Of a stretch of DNA of 64,000 nucleotides, positions 40,573 to 49,764 are shown one piece after another. Source of the stretch: an uncultured virus (IMG/VR IMGVR_UViG_3300005458_000017) (taxonomy: Duplodnaviria; Heunggongvirae; Uroviricota; Caudoviricetes); the IMG/VR virus record IMGVR_UViG_3300005458_000017, one strand, 5' to 3'. Each line of letters starts with the position of its first letter. Position 1 is the stretch's first letter. The notes under the pieces were generated by a model, which had not been told where the DNA came from, ran no database searches, and worked only from the letters and a program-made list of their open reading frames with translations. The position numbers and the translations under genes were made by a program.

Positions 40573-41043
40573 TTAGCCCCGGACATATGCCAACAGGCGC
40601 AACGCGCCGGCTTCGTCATCACCAAACGCGCGAAGCATGTTATTGTGGTTTTTGCATAATAGGCCACGCACGCGGCCAGTTTCGTGGTCATGGTCCACGA
40701 CAAGCTTTGTCTTGTTACAAAAAACGCAGTGTCCCTGCTGTGTCGCTAGTAAAGCGTCATATGCCTCGGGCTCAAGGTCGTAGAGGTATCGTCGGTTCTG
40801 ATGACGAAAATAGTCTGGATTAGCCGCCCGCCATAGCGCGTTGCGCGCCAATTCGGCGGCACTGTTCAGCGCGTAATACCTGCGCCCTTTCTTTCGATAT
40901 TTCTCCGGATCGGCTGCGTACCGGCGTTTGTGGGCAGCGCGTTGTTGCGCGCGTCTGGTCGCTAGTTTGCCCGGATCAGCAGCGATAGCTGCTTCGTGAT
41001 CTCGTAAATATTGCCGGCGTGCTTCCGGGTCTTTGTGCGGCAT
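40573..41043 (-). CDS. Endonuclease VII-family (His-Me) free-standing homing endonuclease
   Basis: Y.L....Y..L...Q.G.C..C....LVVDHDH.TG.VRGLLC..HN. Confidence 0.88.
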   Translation of the reverse strand: MPHKDPEARRQYLRDHEAAIAADPGKLATRRAQQRAAHKRRYAADPEKYRKKGRRYYALNSAAELARNALWRAANPDYFRHQNRRYLYDLEPEAYDALLATQQGHCVFCNKTKLVVDHDHETGRVRGLLCKNHNNMLRAFGDDEAGALRLLAYVRG

Positions 41044-41145
41044 CTAGTGTATCTCCGTCGGGGATGGTGGATATACACATAAAGCGGCCGGCGAATGATG
41101 TCAAATCCATTTCGCCGGCCGTAATATTTACGTCAAGTAGACTAG

Positions 41146-42159
41146 TTAACTGTTGGGAGTCACCTGACTCTGAACCAAGGCCTTCCCGTCTACGACCTGG
41201 TAGCCGTACACTTGGAGCCCTCTAAGTATCTGACCAAACGTGAGTTCCGAGCGCAACGTCTCGACCTTCGAAATCTGACTCGCGAACGTAAGCCCATGGG
41301 CATGACCTGCAAAAATAGGCCACTCCCCAGCATTAAAGTTGGTGCTGTCAGTGCTGTTATTCGGAAGTAAGTTAGATATATATATGGTAAATCGATCGAC
41401 CATGCCGAGCCGTCCGTTGCGCAACATCGAGACGCCGTCACCCGACAGGTAAGCCTGACGGAGTTCCGACTGCTTGATCATGCGACCAGCCCACGACGGC
41501 ATGACGACCCAGCGGCCGACTTCCGGAATGTTCTGTTCGTCGAGCACCTGACCCATGCGCATCAGCACGTCCAGAAGCTCGATATCACCAACGCCGGGGT
41601 TCTTGGAGACCACGCTGAGCGGGGTGCCCTTGACGCCGAGGTTGATGTTGCCAGTGATCGCGCCGGCAGCGGTACCCTTGTTCGCCGCCACCATCTGGTT
41701 GACAATGCCGTCCAGCACGTCGCTGTCGACGGTGATCTTCAACTGCTGAGCCGCGTCATCCGACCACATGGAGAGAATGTTCAGATCGCTCTGAATCTCC
41801 ATGACGTCGTCGAGGATCAGCGAGAAGTACTTGCCGTTCCCGATGAACAACTCGACGGTGCCGCCGGTCGGGCGATCAAGCCCAAGCAGACCGTCGGACT
41901 TGTAGTCGTGGATCGAGATCGTGGGCTTGGTGCGAATCTTGACGCGATCGCCCTTGTTCTTGATCTCACCCTCGTAGTCGGTGTTCGAGATCGCAGCGAG
42001 GACAGTCGAGGCGTAGAATTTCTCGACAAGCTTGCCGCTCCAAATCTCCGGGATGAAACCCGTCGCCTGAAGGTTGTTACCCGAACTACCAGTGGCCGGA
42101 TAAAGCGCCGGCGATGATGCCGCAGTTGCGCCAGGAAAACCTGAGCTAGGAATTGCCAT
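41146..42159 (-). CDS. Major capsid protein
   Basis: FIPEIWSGKL, NTDYEGEI...GD.V.I, LDEQNIP..GRW, G....GLQVYG; follows scaffold. Confidence 0.9.
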   Translation of the reverse strand: MAIPSSGFPGATAASSPALYPATGSSGNNLQATGFIPEIWSGKLVEKFYASTVLAAISNTDYEGEIKNKGDRVKIRTKPTISIHDYKSDGLLGLDRPTGGTVELFIGNGKYFSLILDDVMEIQSDLNILSMWSDDAAQQLKITVDSDVLDGIVNQMVAANKGTAAGAITGNINLGVKGTPLSVVSKNPGVGDIELLDVLMRMGQVLDEQNIPEVGRWVVMPSWAGRMIKQSELRQAYLSGDGVSMLRNGRLGMVDRFTIYISNLLPNNSTDSTNFNAGEWPIFAGHAHGLTFASQISKVETLRSELTFGQILRGLQVYGYQVVDGKALVQSQVTPNS

Positions 42160-42218
42160 TGAAAAAGCCCCCATGTTTGGGGGCCTTCGTCACTTCACAG
42201 CGCTACCAAGCCCCCGGA

Positions 42219-43361
42219 TTATCCGCGGACCCGTCCCTCTCGCTGAGCTACGGTGAGATCGGCTTCGAATTGCGCTGCCTGCGCCTCACGGCCGGCATAG
42301 AATCCTCGACGCTTATCATCGTAAAACTTGCTGATCTGGGCTCGGGTTATGAATGGCTTGTCTGCGGGCACTTGGGAATCACCCGATGCCGGCTTAGCCC
42401 TGCCAGGAGCGGCGAGCGTCCCCAGATCAACCGCGGCTTGTCGAGGAATAGGTTGCTGCTGTTGCTGCGAAACCTGCTGCTCGGCCTGCGGGGTCTGTAA
42501 CGTCTGACCCGTGGCTGCGACTTCCATCATGAAGTCTCGGAAGACCGCGACGACCCGAGGAGCATCTGCTGCTTGGTATGCCGCGTTCAACACCTGACCT
42601 CTCGCCTGCCCAGTGTAAATATTCGGTAAAGCGAGCCACGCCTTGAATTGCGGGCTGCGATTGATCGCGATCCAGTCCGGTATCTGGCGTGACAGTTCAA
42701 CCTTCACATCCTTCTGCGCTTGCGTTGTTACCTGCTTTTTCAGGTTCTTGTTTTCAGCCTGCAACGCTTCGAGTTCGGGCCCGATCGCTTCGCGCGCGCC
42801 GCGCCGCACGACGTCGATAAGCTCGTCGCCGTAGGTCTCGCGGTCCTGGTCGGTAATCAACTTCGCGTGATCCTGACGCGAATTATTTTGCGTGCGAGAA
42901 TTTTGCGAATTGTTCGCGGGCGCATCGCTGAGCAACGATTGCAAGCGCACTACCTCGTCGCCAAGCTCCTGCATCTGCTGCTGCATGGTGCCGAGCGTGC
43001 GCGACTGCGCGTCGTGGCGGCCCTTCATAGACAGGAAGCGATGTTTCCACTCGGTCGCCGAAATGCCTTCGTCGTCACCAGAAACGCCGGTGCGCTGCGG
43101 CTGAGGTTGCTCCGGCTGGTGCGACTGCTCTTCAACCTGTTGTGGTTGCTGGGCCGCGGCTTCCGCGTCAGCGACACGAGAAGCTTCCGCCTCGGCCGCA
43201 GCTTTTTCTTCCGCGGTAGGCTCCGGCGGCGCATAAATCTGCTGGTGGATCGCCTCGGCATGGGCCGCAGAGGCTTTCACATGATCGGGGACGCGAACGT
43301 TGGGGTCGACAGAAAAATCGGTCAGGCCTGTGCCATCAGCGACTTTGTCATTGGCTGCCAT
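42219..43361 (-). CDS. Capsid scaffolding protein
   Basis: Acidic coiled coil, PDW.AIN.SP.F..WL, C-terminal AQREGRV; upstream of capsid. Confidence 0.75.
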   Translation of the reverse strand: MAANDKVADGTGLTDFSVDPNVRVPDHVKASAAHAEAIHQQIYAPPEPTAEEKAAAEAEASRVADAEAAAQQPQQVEEQSHQPEQPQPQRTGVSGDDEGISATEWKHRFLSMKGRHDAQSRTLGTMQQQMQELGDEVVRLQSLLSDAPANNSQNSRTQNNSRQDHAKLITDQDRETYGDELIDVVRRGAREAIGPELEALQAENKNLKKQVTTQAQKDVKVELSRQIPDWIAINRSPQFKAWLALPNIYTGQARGQVLNAAYQAADAPRVVAVFRDFMMEVAATGQTLQTPQAEQQVSQQQQQPIPRQAAVDLGTLAAPGRAKPASGDSQVPADKPFITRAQISKFYDDKRRGFYAGREAQAAQFEADLTVAQREGRVRG

Positions 43362-43388
43362 GGTGAACGGCTCCTTGGGCGCGCGGAA

Positions 43389-43637
43389 TTACTCGTTTCT
43401 CGCGGGCGGTTGCAGTGGGGATTTGAGGGCGTGGCATTCCCGGAACAGGCGCAGGAACGCGAGGCATTGCTTCGCTCGACCTTGCATGTTCAGGATTTGA
43501 TCCTGCGGCGCGTCGGTTACCGCCACGGTAATTTCGTTCGTGTAGGCAGCGAACGTCTCAACGAACTGCTCGAACCCTTCAGGGTCGGCATTTCGGAGTC
43601 TCAACGCGAAATGACTCAGAACATCAGTGGATTTCAA
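43389..43637 (-). CDS. Conserved head-region protein
   Basis: QGRA motif; coupled start. Confidence 0.6.
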   Translation of the reverse strand: MKSTDVLSHFALRLRNADPEGFEQFVETFAAYTNEITVAVTDAPQDQILNMQGRAKQCLAFLRLFRECHALKSPLQPPARNE

Positions 43638-43852
43638 GCAATACCGTTTCCTGCCCACGAACCGCTGCCGAGACCGTCGGGAGCAGGCGCGGGCTGTGCC
43701 ATTGGGGTGGCTTTCTGGTAGCTCTGAAACGAGGATGGTCCGCCACCGGCAGCACTACCGGGGAGATCACGCTGGTCAGAACCCTTGTTGGGGTCATTGT
43801 GCATGGTACCCTTCTTGTGGATACCGATCGGGGTCATGTGCTTCTTGAACAT
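43634..43852 (-). CDS. Small hypothetical virion protein
   Basis: Coupled ORF. Confidence 0.55.
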   Translation of the reverse strand: MFKKHMTPIGIHKKGTMHNDPNKGSDQRDLPGSAAGGGPSSFQSYQKATPMAQPAPAPDGLGSGSWAGNGIA

Positions 43853-44100
43853 CAGATGCCTCCCAGTCGCCCCGGCCCGAACGGATTAGGCGACTGCGTT
43901 GGCGCGGGTGCGGGCGCTGTCTTGCCGTACTCGCGGGTGTTCCCCATACCGGGCCCTACCGGCTTGATCCGTGCGAGGTTGCCGCCAAGCCCAGTCCCGA
44001 CTTTCGGCGGCTTCATCCCGACACTCGATGCGGCGCCCGGCGAGGGTACCGACATCGGCGCGGAAGGCTTCTTGCCGCTGATCGTGGACCGGTTGACCAT
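43852..44100 (-). CDS. Small Gly/Pro-rich basic protein
   Basis: Coupled ORF. Confidence 0.55.
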   Translation of the reverse strand: MVNRSTISGKKPSAPMSVPSPGAASSVGMKPPKVGTGLGGNLARIKPVGPGMGNTREYGKTAPAPAPTQSPNPFGPGRLGGI

Positions 44101-44351
44101 TAGCGGGCGCTCGTTTTGCCCGCCTGCGCCGGCTGCGAACCAGCAAATCCAAACATCTTGGTCTTGCCGCCGCAGGCGTACTTGTCGCTGGAGCCGCCGT
44201 CGTGTGAGCCCTGGTCGGTGGTACCCGCACCTTTTTCGCCCGCCTGCTCCTGCGGCGCGGTCACCGTGCGGTCGCCCTTGCCGAACATCGGGGTGTTGCC
44301 ACCCTTCGCAAATTCGACATTGTGCGAGGTCTTCTTCTGGAACGCGGCCAT
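44100..44351 (-). CDS. Small protein with FAKGG/YACGG motifs
   Basis: GGAG RBS. Confidence 0.6.
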   Translation of the reverse strand: MAAFQKKTSHNVEFAKGGNTPMFGKGDRTVTAPQEQAGEKGAGTTDQGSHDGGSSDKYACGGKTKMFGFAGSQPAQAGKTSAR

Positions 44352-44417
44352 CCGTAAATCTCCCGAGGAAAATTGGTCCTGATCGGGGTATCGAGCGGAC
44401 GGCTAAAAAACCGTTTA

Positions 44418-45008
44418 TCAGTCCTTCGTCAGGATGATCAGCCGCTCGTCCTTGTGGGTCTGATACTCGACCGCTTTCATGTCCTCGAACTCGCGCATCA
44501 GCGGACGGATCACATGCTCGCCAAGATCATGGTGCGGGACTTTATAGGGGCAAGCCTCCTCGATTGCGTAGACGCCGTTGCGACAGAGAAACGGCCACAA
44601 CTGCCGCACCAGGAACATCTGCGGGATCGGGTCATGCACCGCGTCATCGCAGATGAAGTCGAACAGGTGATCGCCGCTCGCCGTCAGGGCGCCGTCGACG
44701 GCTTCGAACAGTTCGGGCGCGGCGTAGGCGTCGCACTGGAAGGTGTGAATGCGCTCCTGGTCGTTGAAGATGAAGCGATCGTCGTTGTCGAAACCGTTGA
44801 TGTGAGCGCCAGGGAAGAACTCGCGCCATGCGAACAACGACGCGCCGACGACGTTGTTGGGGATATCCCTGAACCCGCAGATGCCGATTTCCAGTACATT
44901 GGCGACGTCGTGTCGCCGGTCAGCGAGATGTTTATTGTAGGCCGGCGTGTACCCCCAGATGCCTTTGTCAGTGCCGAAGCGAGTGAACAGGCTGTCGAGA
45001 TAGCTCAT
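44418..45008 (-). CDS. Class I SAM-dependent methyltransferase (sugar O-methyltransferase-like)
   Basis: GTDK, VLEIGI, GASL..WREFFP.A.I.G.D, FD.I.DD..H, G.Y.IE. Confidence 0.85.
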   Translation of the reverse strand: MSYLDSLFTRFGTDKGIWGYTPAYNKHLADRRHDVANVLEIGICGFRDIPNNVVGASLFAWREFFPGAHINGFDNDDRFIFNDQERIHTFQCDAYAAPELFEAVDGALTASGDHLFDFICDDAVHDPIPQMFLVRQLWPFLCRNGVYAIEEACPYKVPHHDLGEHVIRPLMREFEDMKAVEYQTHKDERLIILTKD

Positions 45009-45670
45009 GATTGCAACTCCGGCCGAAAGTTATCGAACATGGAAACGTCGTGGTCGGCGCGATACCAGTGGAATGGCTTTGGCACTTTCTGCTCGACGCG
45101 GGCCCAGGTGTTCACTTCCCACTCGATGTTGCCTGTGGTGCGGAAGTGGTTGCGCGCAATCGCCCGGCATGACGCATCGAACAGATTGACGAGCTTGCGC
45201 GGCACCGCGATGACAGACCCGCAGAAACGCCAGCACGGATAGGGGTTCTCGATCACGTCGGGTTTGCCCCAGCAACCGGGGGCGTAGATCGCCTTGTCGT
45301 CGAGCTTCTGGAAGAACCGATGTATGGATTCGTTGTTGACGCCCGGGAGGCGGAAAACGCCGTAGTCGACCCACACCAGCACGTCGGCGTCTTCATCCTC
45401 TTCGGCCGCCTGCACCAGCCACGCGGACTTCTGATGATTCACGCAGTGATAGGCGAGTGTGTTCTTCGCCGGGTTGTCGTGCGGCGAGATCGTCGGGATG
45501 ATCTTCTGGGCCTTCACGAACTGCCACAGCCAGGTGTCCTCGACGTGGGCATAAAATGCCTTCTTCGGTACAGGAACGCCACTCAGTTGTTCGCCAAGCT
45601 CGCCATACTCGGCCGCAGAGCGCGGGTGGGCCGGAATCGGGATGTAACCTGTAACGAGCTTAATTTTCAT
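45005..45670 (-). CDS. HtrL/WlaTC-like glycosyltransferase
   Basis: LVTG, Y......K, WVDYG, WRFCG. Confidence 0.7.
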   Translation of the reverse strand: MKIKLVTGYIPIPAHPRSAAEYGELGEQLSGVPVPKKAFYAHVEDTWLWQFVKAQKIIPTISPHDNPAKNTLAYHCVNHQKSAWLVQAAEEDEDADVLVWVDYGVFRLPGVNNESIHRFFQKLDDKAIYAPGCWGKPDVIENPYPCWRFCGSVIAVPRKLVNLFDASCRAIARNHFRTTGNIEWEVNTWARVEQKVPKPFHWYRADHDVSMFDNFRPELQS

Positions 45671-47648
45671 GGAACTCGCTCAGCATCGTCGCAACGTCGG
45701 TGATCGACACCTGCGCCAGCATGGCCTGGGCATCCTTCACGCCGTAGGAAAGCACCAGATCGAGACCGTTGGGATGGGGCGCGAGGCCGGCGCAAAACTC
45801 GATCTGCTGGGCGTGGAAGCAGAACGGCAGGGACAAGCGTCGCAGCGTGTAATCGCGGCTCAGCCACGCGAACCGGTGTGCATATATCCGGCGGTAGTCA
45901 CCGGGGTCGATCGCTTCATGGACGACACACAACCAGCCGTTCTTGAACGGGATGCACTGACTGCCACCGCTGATATTATCGACCGCGATCTTGGCGGGAG
46001 CGCGGGACACCGACAACTTGTTGACATCGCCCGCAACGACCGTGTCGAGGCGGTAGACGTAATGCAGGTCGTCACCGTCGACCAGCGGCATCCAGTTCTT
46101 CTCGCACGCGGAGCCATCGGTCAGGAAGGTCGTAGGTTTGTCCGCGGTCACTGTCACGAGCGCTTGTACTGGCGTACCGCTGGCGAGATACTCGCGGACG
46201 CAGGCGGTCGCCCATAGCTCGTCTTTCCACGAGAACAACCGCATGTCTTCGAGCCCGCGCACCAGCGTGAATTGCGGATCGAGCGGCGCCTCCCAGATAA
46301 TCGGCTGTTGCGAAGCTGTCGACAGGTCGGCGTTGAGTCGCAACAACAGGTTCTTGGTGTCGATCGGATTGCTGCCGTTGGGTTCGCCTTCGCCCTTGAT
46401 CAGGTAGCGTCCGTCACCGTCAATCGTGTAATTGACCGTGCGCACGATGCAATGAAGCTCGCCATTATGCAGCGCCACCGACGGGTTCATCGCGACATAA
46501 TCTGGTTGCGGCGTGGCGTGAATCTCGCGCGATTTGAACGACGGGCAGTGTTCAGCGAGCGGGCGCAAGTACCAGCGAAGATTTTGGCGGGCGCCGTGGC
46601 GAACCTGCGCCGGCACCGACAAATCGAGCCCGAGCCCACTACAGACACGCGCAGCTAGTTTCTTGTCGGCGTCGTCGCCATAAAACCCCAGGATCGAAAA
46701 TTCTTCCCGGAAGCCCCAATCATACACCCAGTCGGCGACGAACAGCGTATCGTCGGGTCGCTTGAGGTGGAGGCCCGCCTTACAAAAAATAAGGGCTGTT
46801 TTCTGACAGTCCGGCTTCTCGCGATAGTGCTTGGTGAGGTCATACAGCGCTTCCGCGCGTTGCGGGCGGCGGTTGTATGCACTCAGCGCAGTGTAGGTGA
46901 ACCCGGCCTCAATAGACTGCTGTTCTTTGAGGCATGCGGCGAGATTGATTTCCGCATTCCAGACTTCTTCATCCCAGTCACCGAGTTCGATGCGCTTCTT
47001 GTAGGCCTGTTCAGCCTGATGCCACATACCGGCATCGCGATAGCTGTTCGCAAGATAGAACCACGATCGTGGGTTCTCAGGGTCTTTCTCGATATCGGCA
47101 AGAAGAAGCTCAATATCGCGTTCGAACTTGTTGGCGCGGTTCGAGCCGTCAGCGTGATCAATAAAGTCCGCACCATCGATCGTCCCCGCGGTTGGAACAT
47201 CGAGATATTCGTGCGTGGCGCCGATATACCGGCCCTCGGTGCGGGTATGGAGTAAACGAGTGTTGGGGTACGACACACCGCCGGCGACTTGAATCATTGT
47301 GTATGACGGACCGTCGAGCCCCTCAAACGCGTCGGGCCTCGTGACGCGCAACTCCATGTCGGCGTCCATCAGTAGAAAATAGTGTGCATTGTGCGATGAT
47401 CGGTAGAGATGCGCAGCGGCAAGGGCTAAGTTGCGGGCCTGCGAAAAGTTCTCGAACGGACCGTCCTTAATCCAGCACTTGATGTGCGGGCGATCGACGA
47501 AGAACTTCCGGATGCGATCCTTGGTGTCGTCAGTCGACCCGGTGTCGAGGATTACCGCGGCGGTAATATAGGGGGCAACAGAAGCAAGAGCGCGTTCAAT
47601 ACGCGCGCTCTCGTTTTTCACGATCATACACAAACACAGCTTGGTCAT
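45660..47648 (-). CDS. GT2 glycosyltransferase plus TPR repeats plus beta-propeller (GH130-like) domain
   Basis: LCMIVKNES, DTGSTD, FSQARN, DAD, HE, RSWFYLANSY; NPS, GLED.RL, EKNWMP, IEFCAG. Confidence 0.9.
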   Translation of the reverse strand: MTKLCLCMIVKNESARIERALASVAPYITAAVILDTGSTDDTKDRIRKFFVDRPHIKCWIKDGPFENFSQARNLALAAAHLYRSSHNAHYFLLMDADMELRVTRPDAFEGLDGPSYTMIQVAGGVSYPNTRLLHTRTEGRYIGATHEYLDVPTAGTIDGADFIDHADGSNRANKFERDIELLLADIEKDPENPRSWFYLANSYRDAGMWHQAEQAYKKRIELGDWDEEVWNAEINLAACLKEQQSIEAGFTYTALSAYNRRPQRAEALYDLTKHYREKPDCQKTALIFCKAGLHLKRPDDTLFVADWVYDWGFREEFSILGFYGDDADKKLAARVCSGLGLDLSVPAQVRHGARQNLRWYLRPLAEHCPSFKSREIHATPQPDYVAMNPSVALHNGELHCIVRTVNYTIDGDGRYLIKGEGEPNGSNPIDTKNLLLRLNADLSTASQQPIIWEAPLDPQFTLVRGLEDMRLFSWKDELWATACVREYLASGTPVQALVTVTADKPTTFLTDGSACEKNWMPLVDGDDLHYVYRLDTVVAGDVNKLSVSRAPAKIAVDNISGGSQCIPFKNGWLCVVHEAIDPGDYRRIYAHRFAWLSRDYTLRRLSLPFCFHAQQIEFCAGLAPHPNGLDLVLSYGVKDAQAMLAQVSITDVATMLSEFHEN

Positions 47649-47672
47649 TTTGCACGAAGACCTTGTTGGGGG

Positions 47673-48233
47673 TTAACCGTTCGAGATGCGGAGCACTCCC
47701 ACACCGGTTGCACCGCCGGGGTTCCACACCGCGCCTACGATATGCGGGTCGAAATTCGGCGGGTCGAATTTGTTCGCGACGACCGGGCCAGCCGGTCCCT
47801 GCGGGCCAGTGAATGCTGCGCCATTGCGTTGCGTGCCAGTCGGACCCGTCGCGCCAGTGGCCGAGTTCGCACCGGTGTTGCCGGCGGGGCCGGTTGAGTT
47901 GCCAGTCGGTCCCTGAGTGCCGGTCGGTCCGGTCGCACCAAGCGTGCCGGTGTTGCCGGCAAAACCAGTCGGGCCGGTATTGCCGGTCGGGCCAGTGATA
48001 CCGATTGCACCAGGACCAGCGGGGCCAGTCGGTTGCGCACCTGTCGGGCCCGTCGGACCGGTGAACGCGGCGGCGCCACCACCTGTCGGACCCTTGGCGC
48101 CGGTGCTGCCGGCGGGACCCTGGATGTTCTTGTCGTTGATCAGATCGACAACTTCCTTCAGCACCTCGGGGATGCGGTTGTCGTCATAGGTGTCCTTCGA
48201 CGCGGTGCTCGGATCGAGTGGTTTGAACGCCAT
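47673..48233 (-). CDS. Collagen-like (GPT) fibre/decoration protein
   Basis: (GPT/GNT/GAT)n; DPH..G.VWN C-terminus. Confidence 0.8.
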   Translation of the reverse strand: MAFKPLDPSTASKDTYDDNRIPEVLKEVVDLINDKNIQGPAGSTGAKGPTGGGAAAFTGPTGPTGAQPTGPAGPGAIGITGPTGNTGPTGFAGNTGTLGATGPTGTQGPTGNSTGPAGNTGANSATGATGPTGTQRNGAAFTGPQGPAGPVVANKFDPPNFDPHIVGAVWNPGGATGVGVLRISNG

Positions 48234-48246
48234 TTGCTGGCTCCTG

Positions 48247-48753
48247 TTAGCCGGCCGAGACCGTCAGAACGCCCACGTTGTTCCAGACTTGCCCGTTGAC
48301 ATGCGGATCGGAAGTCGGCGGTACGAAGATCGATGCGAACGCGCCGGTCGGTCCGGTAGACCCAGTAGGTCCAGTTGCGGCAGCGCCGGTCGGGCCGGTG
48401 ACGCCGGTACCCGTCGGACCCGTCGGACCCGTGGCGCCAGGAGTCGGACCAGTGTTGCCAACAGCGCCGCCCGGTCCGGTTGCACCGATACCGGTCGGGC
48501 CGGTAACACCGGTCGGGCCCGTGTTGCCAACAGGTCCCTGCGGACCCTGAATTGGTGCGCTCGATCCGGTCGGGCCAGTTACGCCCGCGGGGCCCGTGTT
48601 ACCGGTCGCGCCAGTCGATGCGCCGGTCGGACCAGCAGGGCCGGTGACGCCGGTGGGGCCGCCGATATTGCCCGCGTTGATCGCATCAACGGCCTGCTTG
48701 AGGACATTGCCGATCGAATTACGGTCGTAATTTTTACTGGACAGGATGGCCAT
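48247..48753 (-). CDS. Collagen-like (GPT) fibre/decoration protein
   Basis: (GPT/GVT)n; [15 protein letters not shown]-terminus. Confidence 0.8.
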   Translation of the reverse strand: MAILSSKNYDRNSIGNVLKQAVDAINAGNIGGPTGVTGPAGPTGASTGATGNTGPAGVTGPTGSSAPIQGPQGPVGNTGPTGVTGPTGIGATGPGGAVGNTGPTPGATGPTGPTGTGVTGPTGAAATGPTGSTGPTGAFASIFVPPTSDPHVNGQVWNNVGVLTVSAG

Positions 48754-48858
48754 CTGTTACCCCTACGGCAGGCGCTGCCTGCTCCCTTCTAAAAGTCGAA
48801 CCCGTTACTCTTTTCTTTATCCAGCCGCCGTCAGCCGACGCCCTCACGAACTACTTAA

Positions 48859-49764
48859 TTAAAACGTACTCAGCGCCGCCCGCTTCCAGGTGTTGGTCGC
48901 AGTACAGACGTAGATGAAGCCGGCGTCCCAGACGATCGCGCCGGCCTTGCCTGGAGCGCTAGATGATGCCGGCGTGATCAATGGCGCAGCTATCGGTGCA
49001 ACGCCCAGCGTTGCACCTGTCATATCGAGCCCGTAGTTGTGCGAGCCGTTGATTGTGTAAGAGACCGACGCCGAACTGTCGTCGCGCAGGAACGTCGTCT
49101 TGATGCTGCCCGATATAGCAGCCACGCCCACGTCAAATTGCGACCCAGCAATGGCAATAATTCCGCAAGCAAAACCGTTATTCGAACTCGCGCCGCTCTG
49201 ACCGCTCGAACTCAGCCACAGCGCGCCGCCGAAACCGAAATTACCGGCGAAACTGATCGGGGTGGTCGTCTGATTGTTGGCCCTGATCTCCGTGCCGACG
49301 ATACCCGCCGTCGCGGTATTGCGCCGGCCTTCCAGATACGCACCAGTCCCCTTTCCGGTGCTCGTCCCGAACGCCATGCCTAATCCGGTAATGGCGACAG
49401 TGTCGAAGTTCATCGCACCCTTCGAGGCCGCCCAGAGGGCGCAAGTCTGCATGCCGCTGGTTGACATGCCGACCGAATAGAGTGCCAGCGTCGCGTTGCC
49501 TTCATTGTCTACCGGGTTGGCGAATAATGAAGCGCTAAGGTTTTCGGTGCGTGAAATTTTAACCGACGGTCCAGCCGTGGTGATCGCCGCTGAACCGAAA
49601 TTCCCCTGCGCCAACTCCCAGTTCTGGGGTGCGTATGAATTGAACAGGAATTGCGAGGTCCCATTGATGACGTTCGGACCGACGTTAGCGACATCCGCCA
49701 GTTGCTTGAGGATGCTGTCGATACTGTTCGGATCGTAGTTACGCGACGAGAGGACTGGCGCCAT
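48859..49764 (-). CDS. Fibre/spike-like protein
   Basis: N-terminus shared with collagen proteins; C-terminal G.I.WD...IYVCTATNTWKR. Confidence 0.75.
   Translation of the reverse strand: MAPVLSSRNYDPNSIDSILKQLADVANVGPNVINGTSQFLFNSYAPQNWELAQGNFGSAAITTAGPSVKISRTENLSASLFANPVDNEGNATLALYSVGMSTSGMQTCALWAASKGAMNFDTVAITGLGMAFGTSTGKGTGAYLEGRRNTATAGIVGTEIRANNQTTTPISFAGNFGFGGALWLSSSGQSGASSNNGFACGIIAIAGSQFDVGVAAISGSIKTTFLRDDSSASVSYTINGSHNYGLDMTGATLGVAPIAAPLITPASSSAPGKAGAIVWDAGFIYVCTATNTWKRAALSTF

Noticed and set aside
40573..41146. Group I intron in the capsid gene
   Set aside because: The capsid ORF appears complete before the endonuclease and no downstream exon was found
35954..49764. Diversity-generating retroelement or shufflon acting on fibres
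   Set aside because: No reverse transcriptase, TR/VR pair or invertase; the similarity is only collagen codon periodicity
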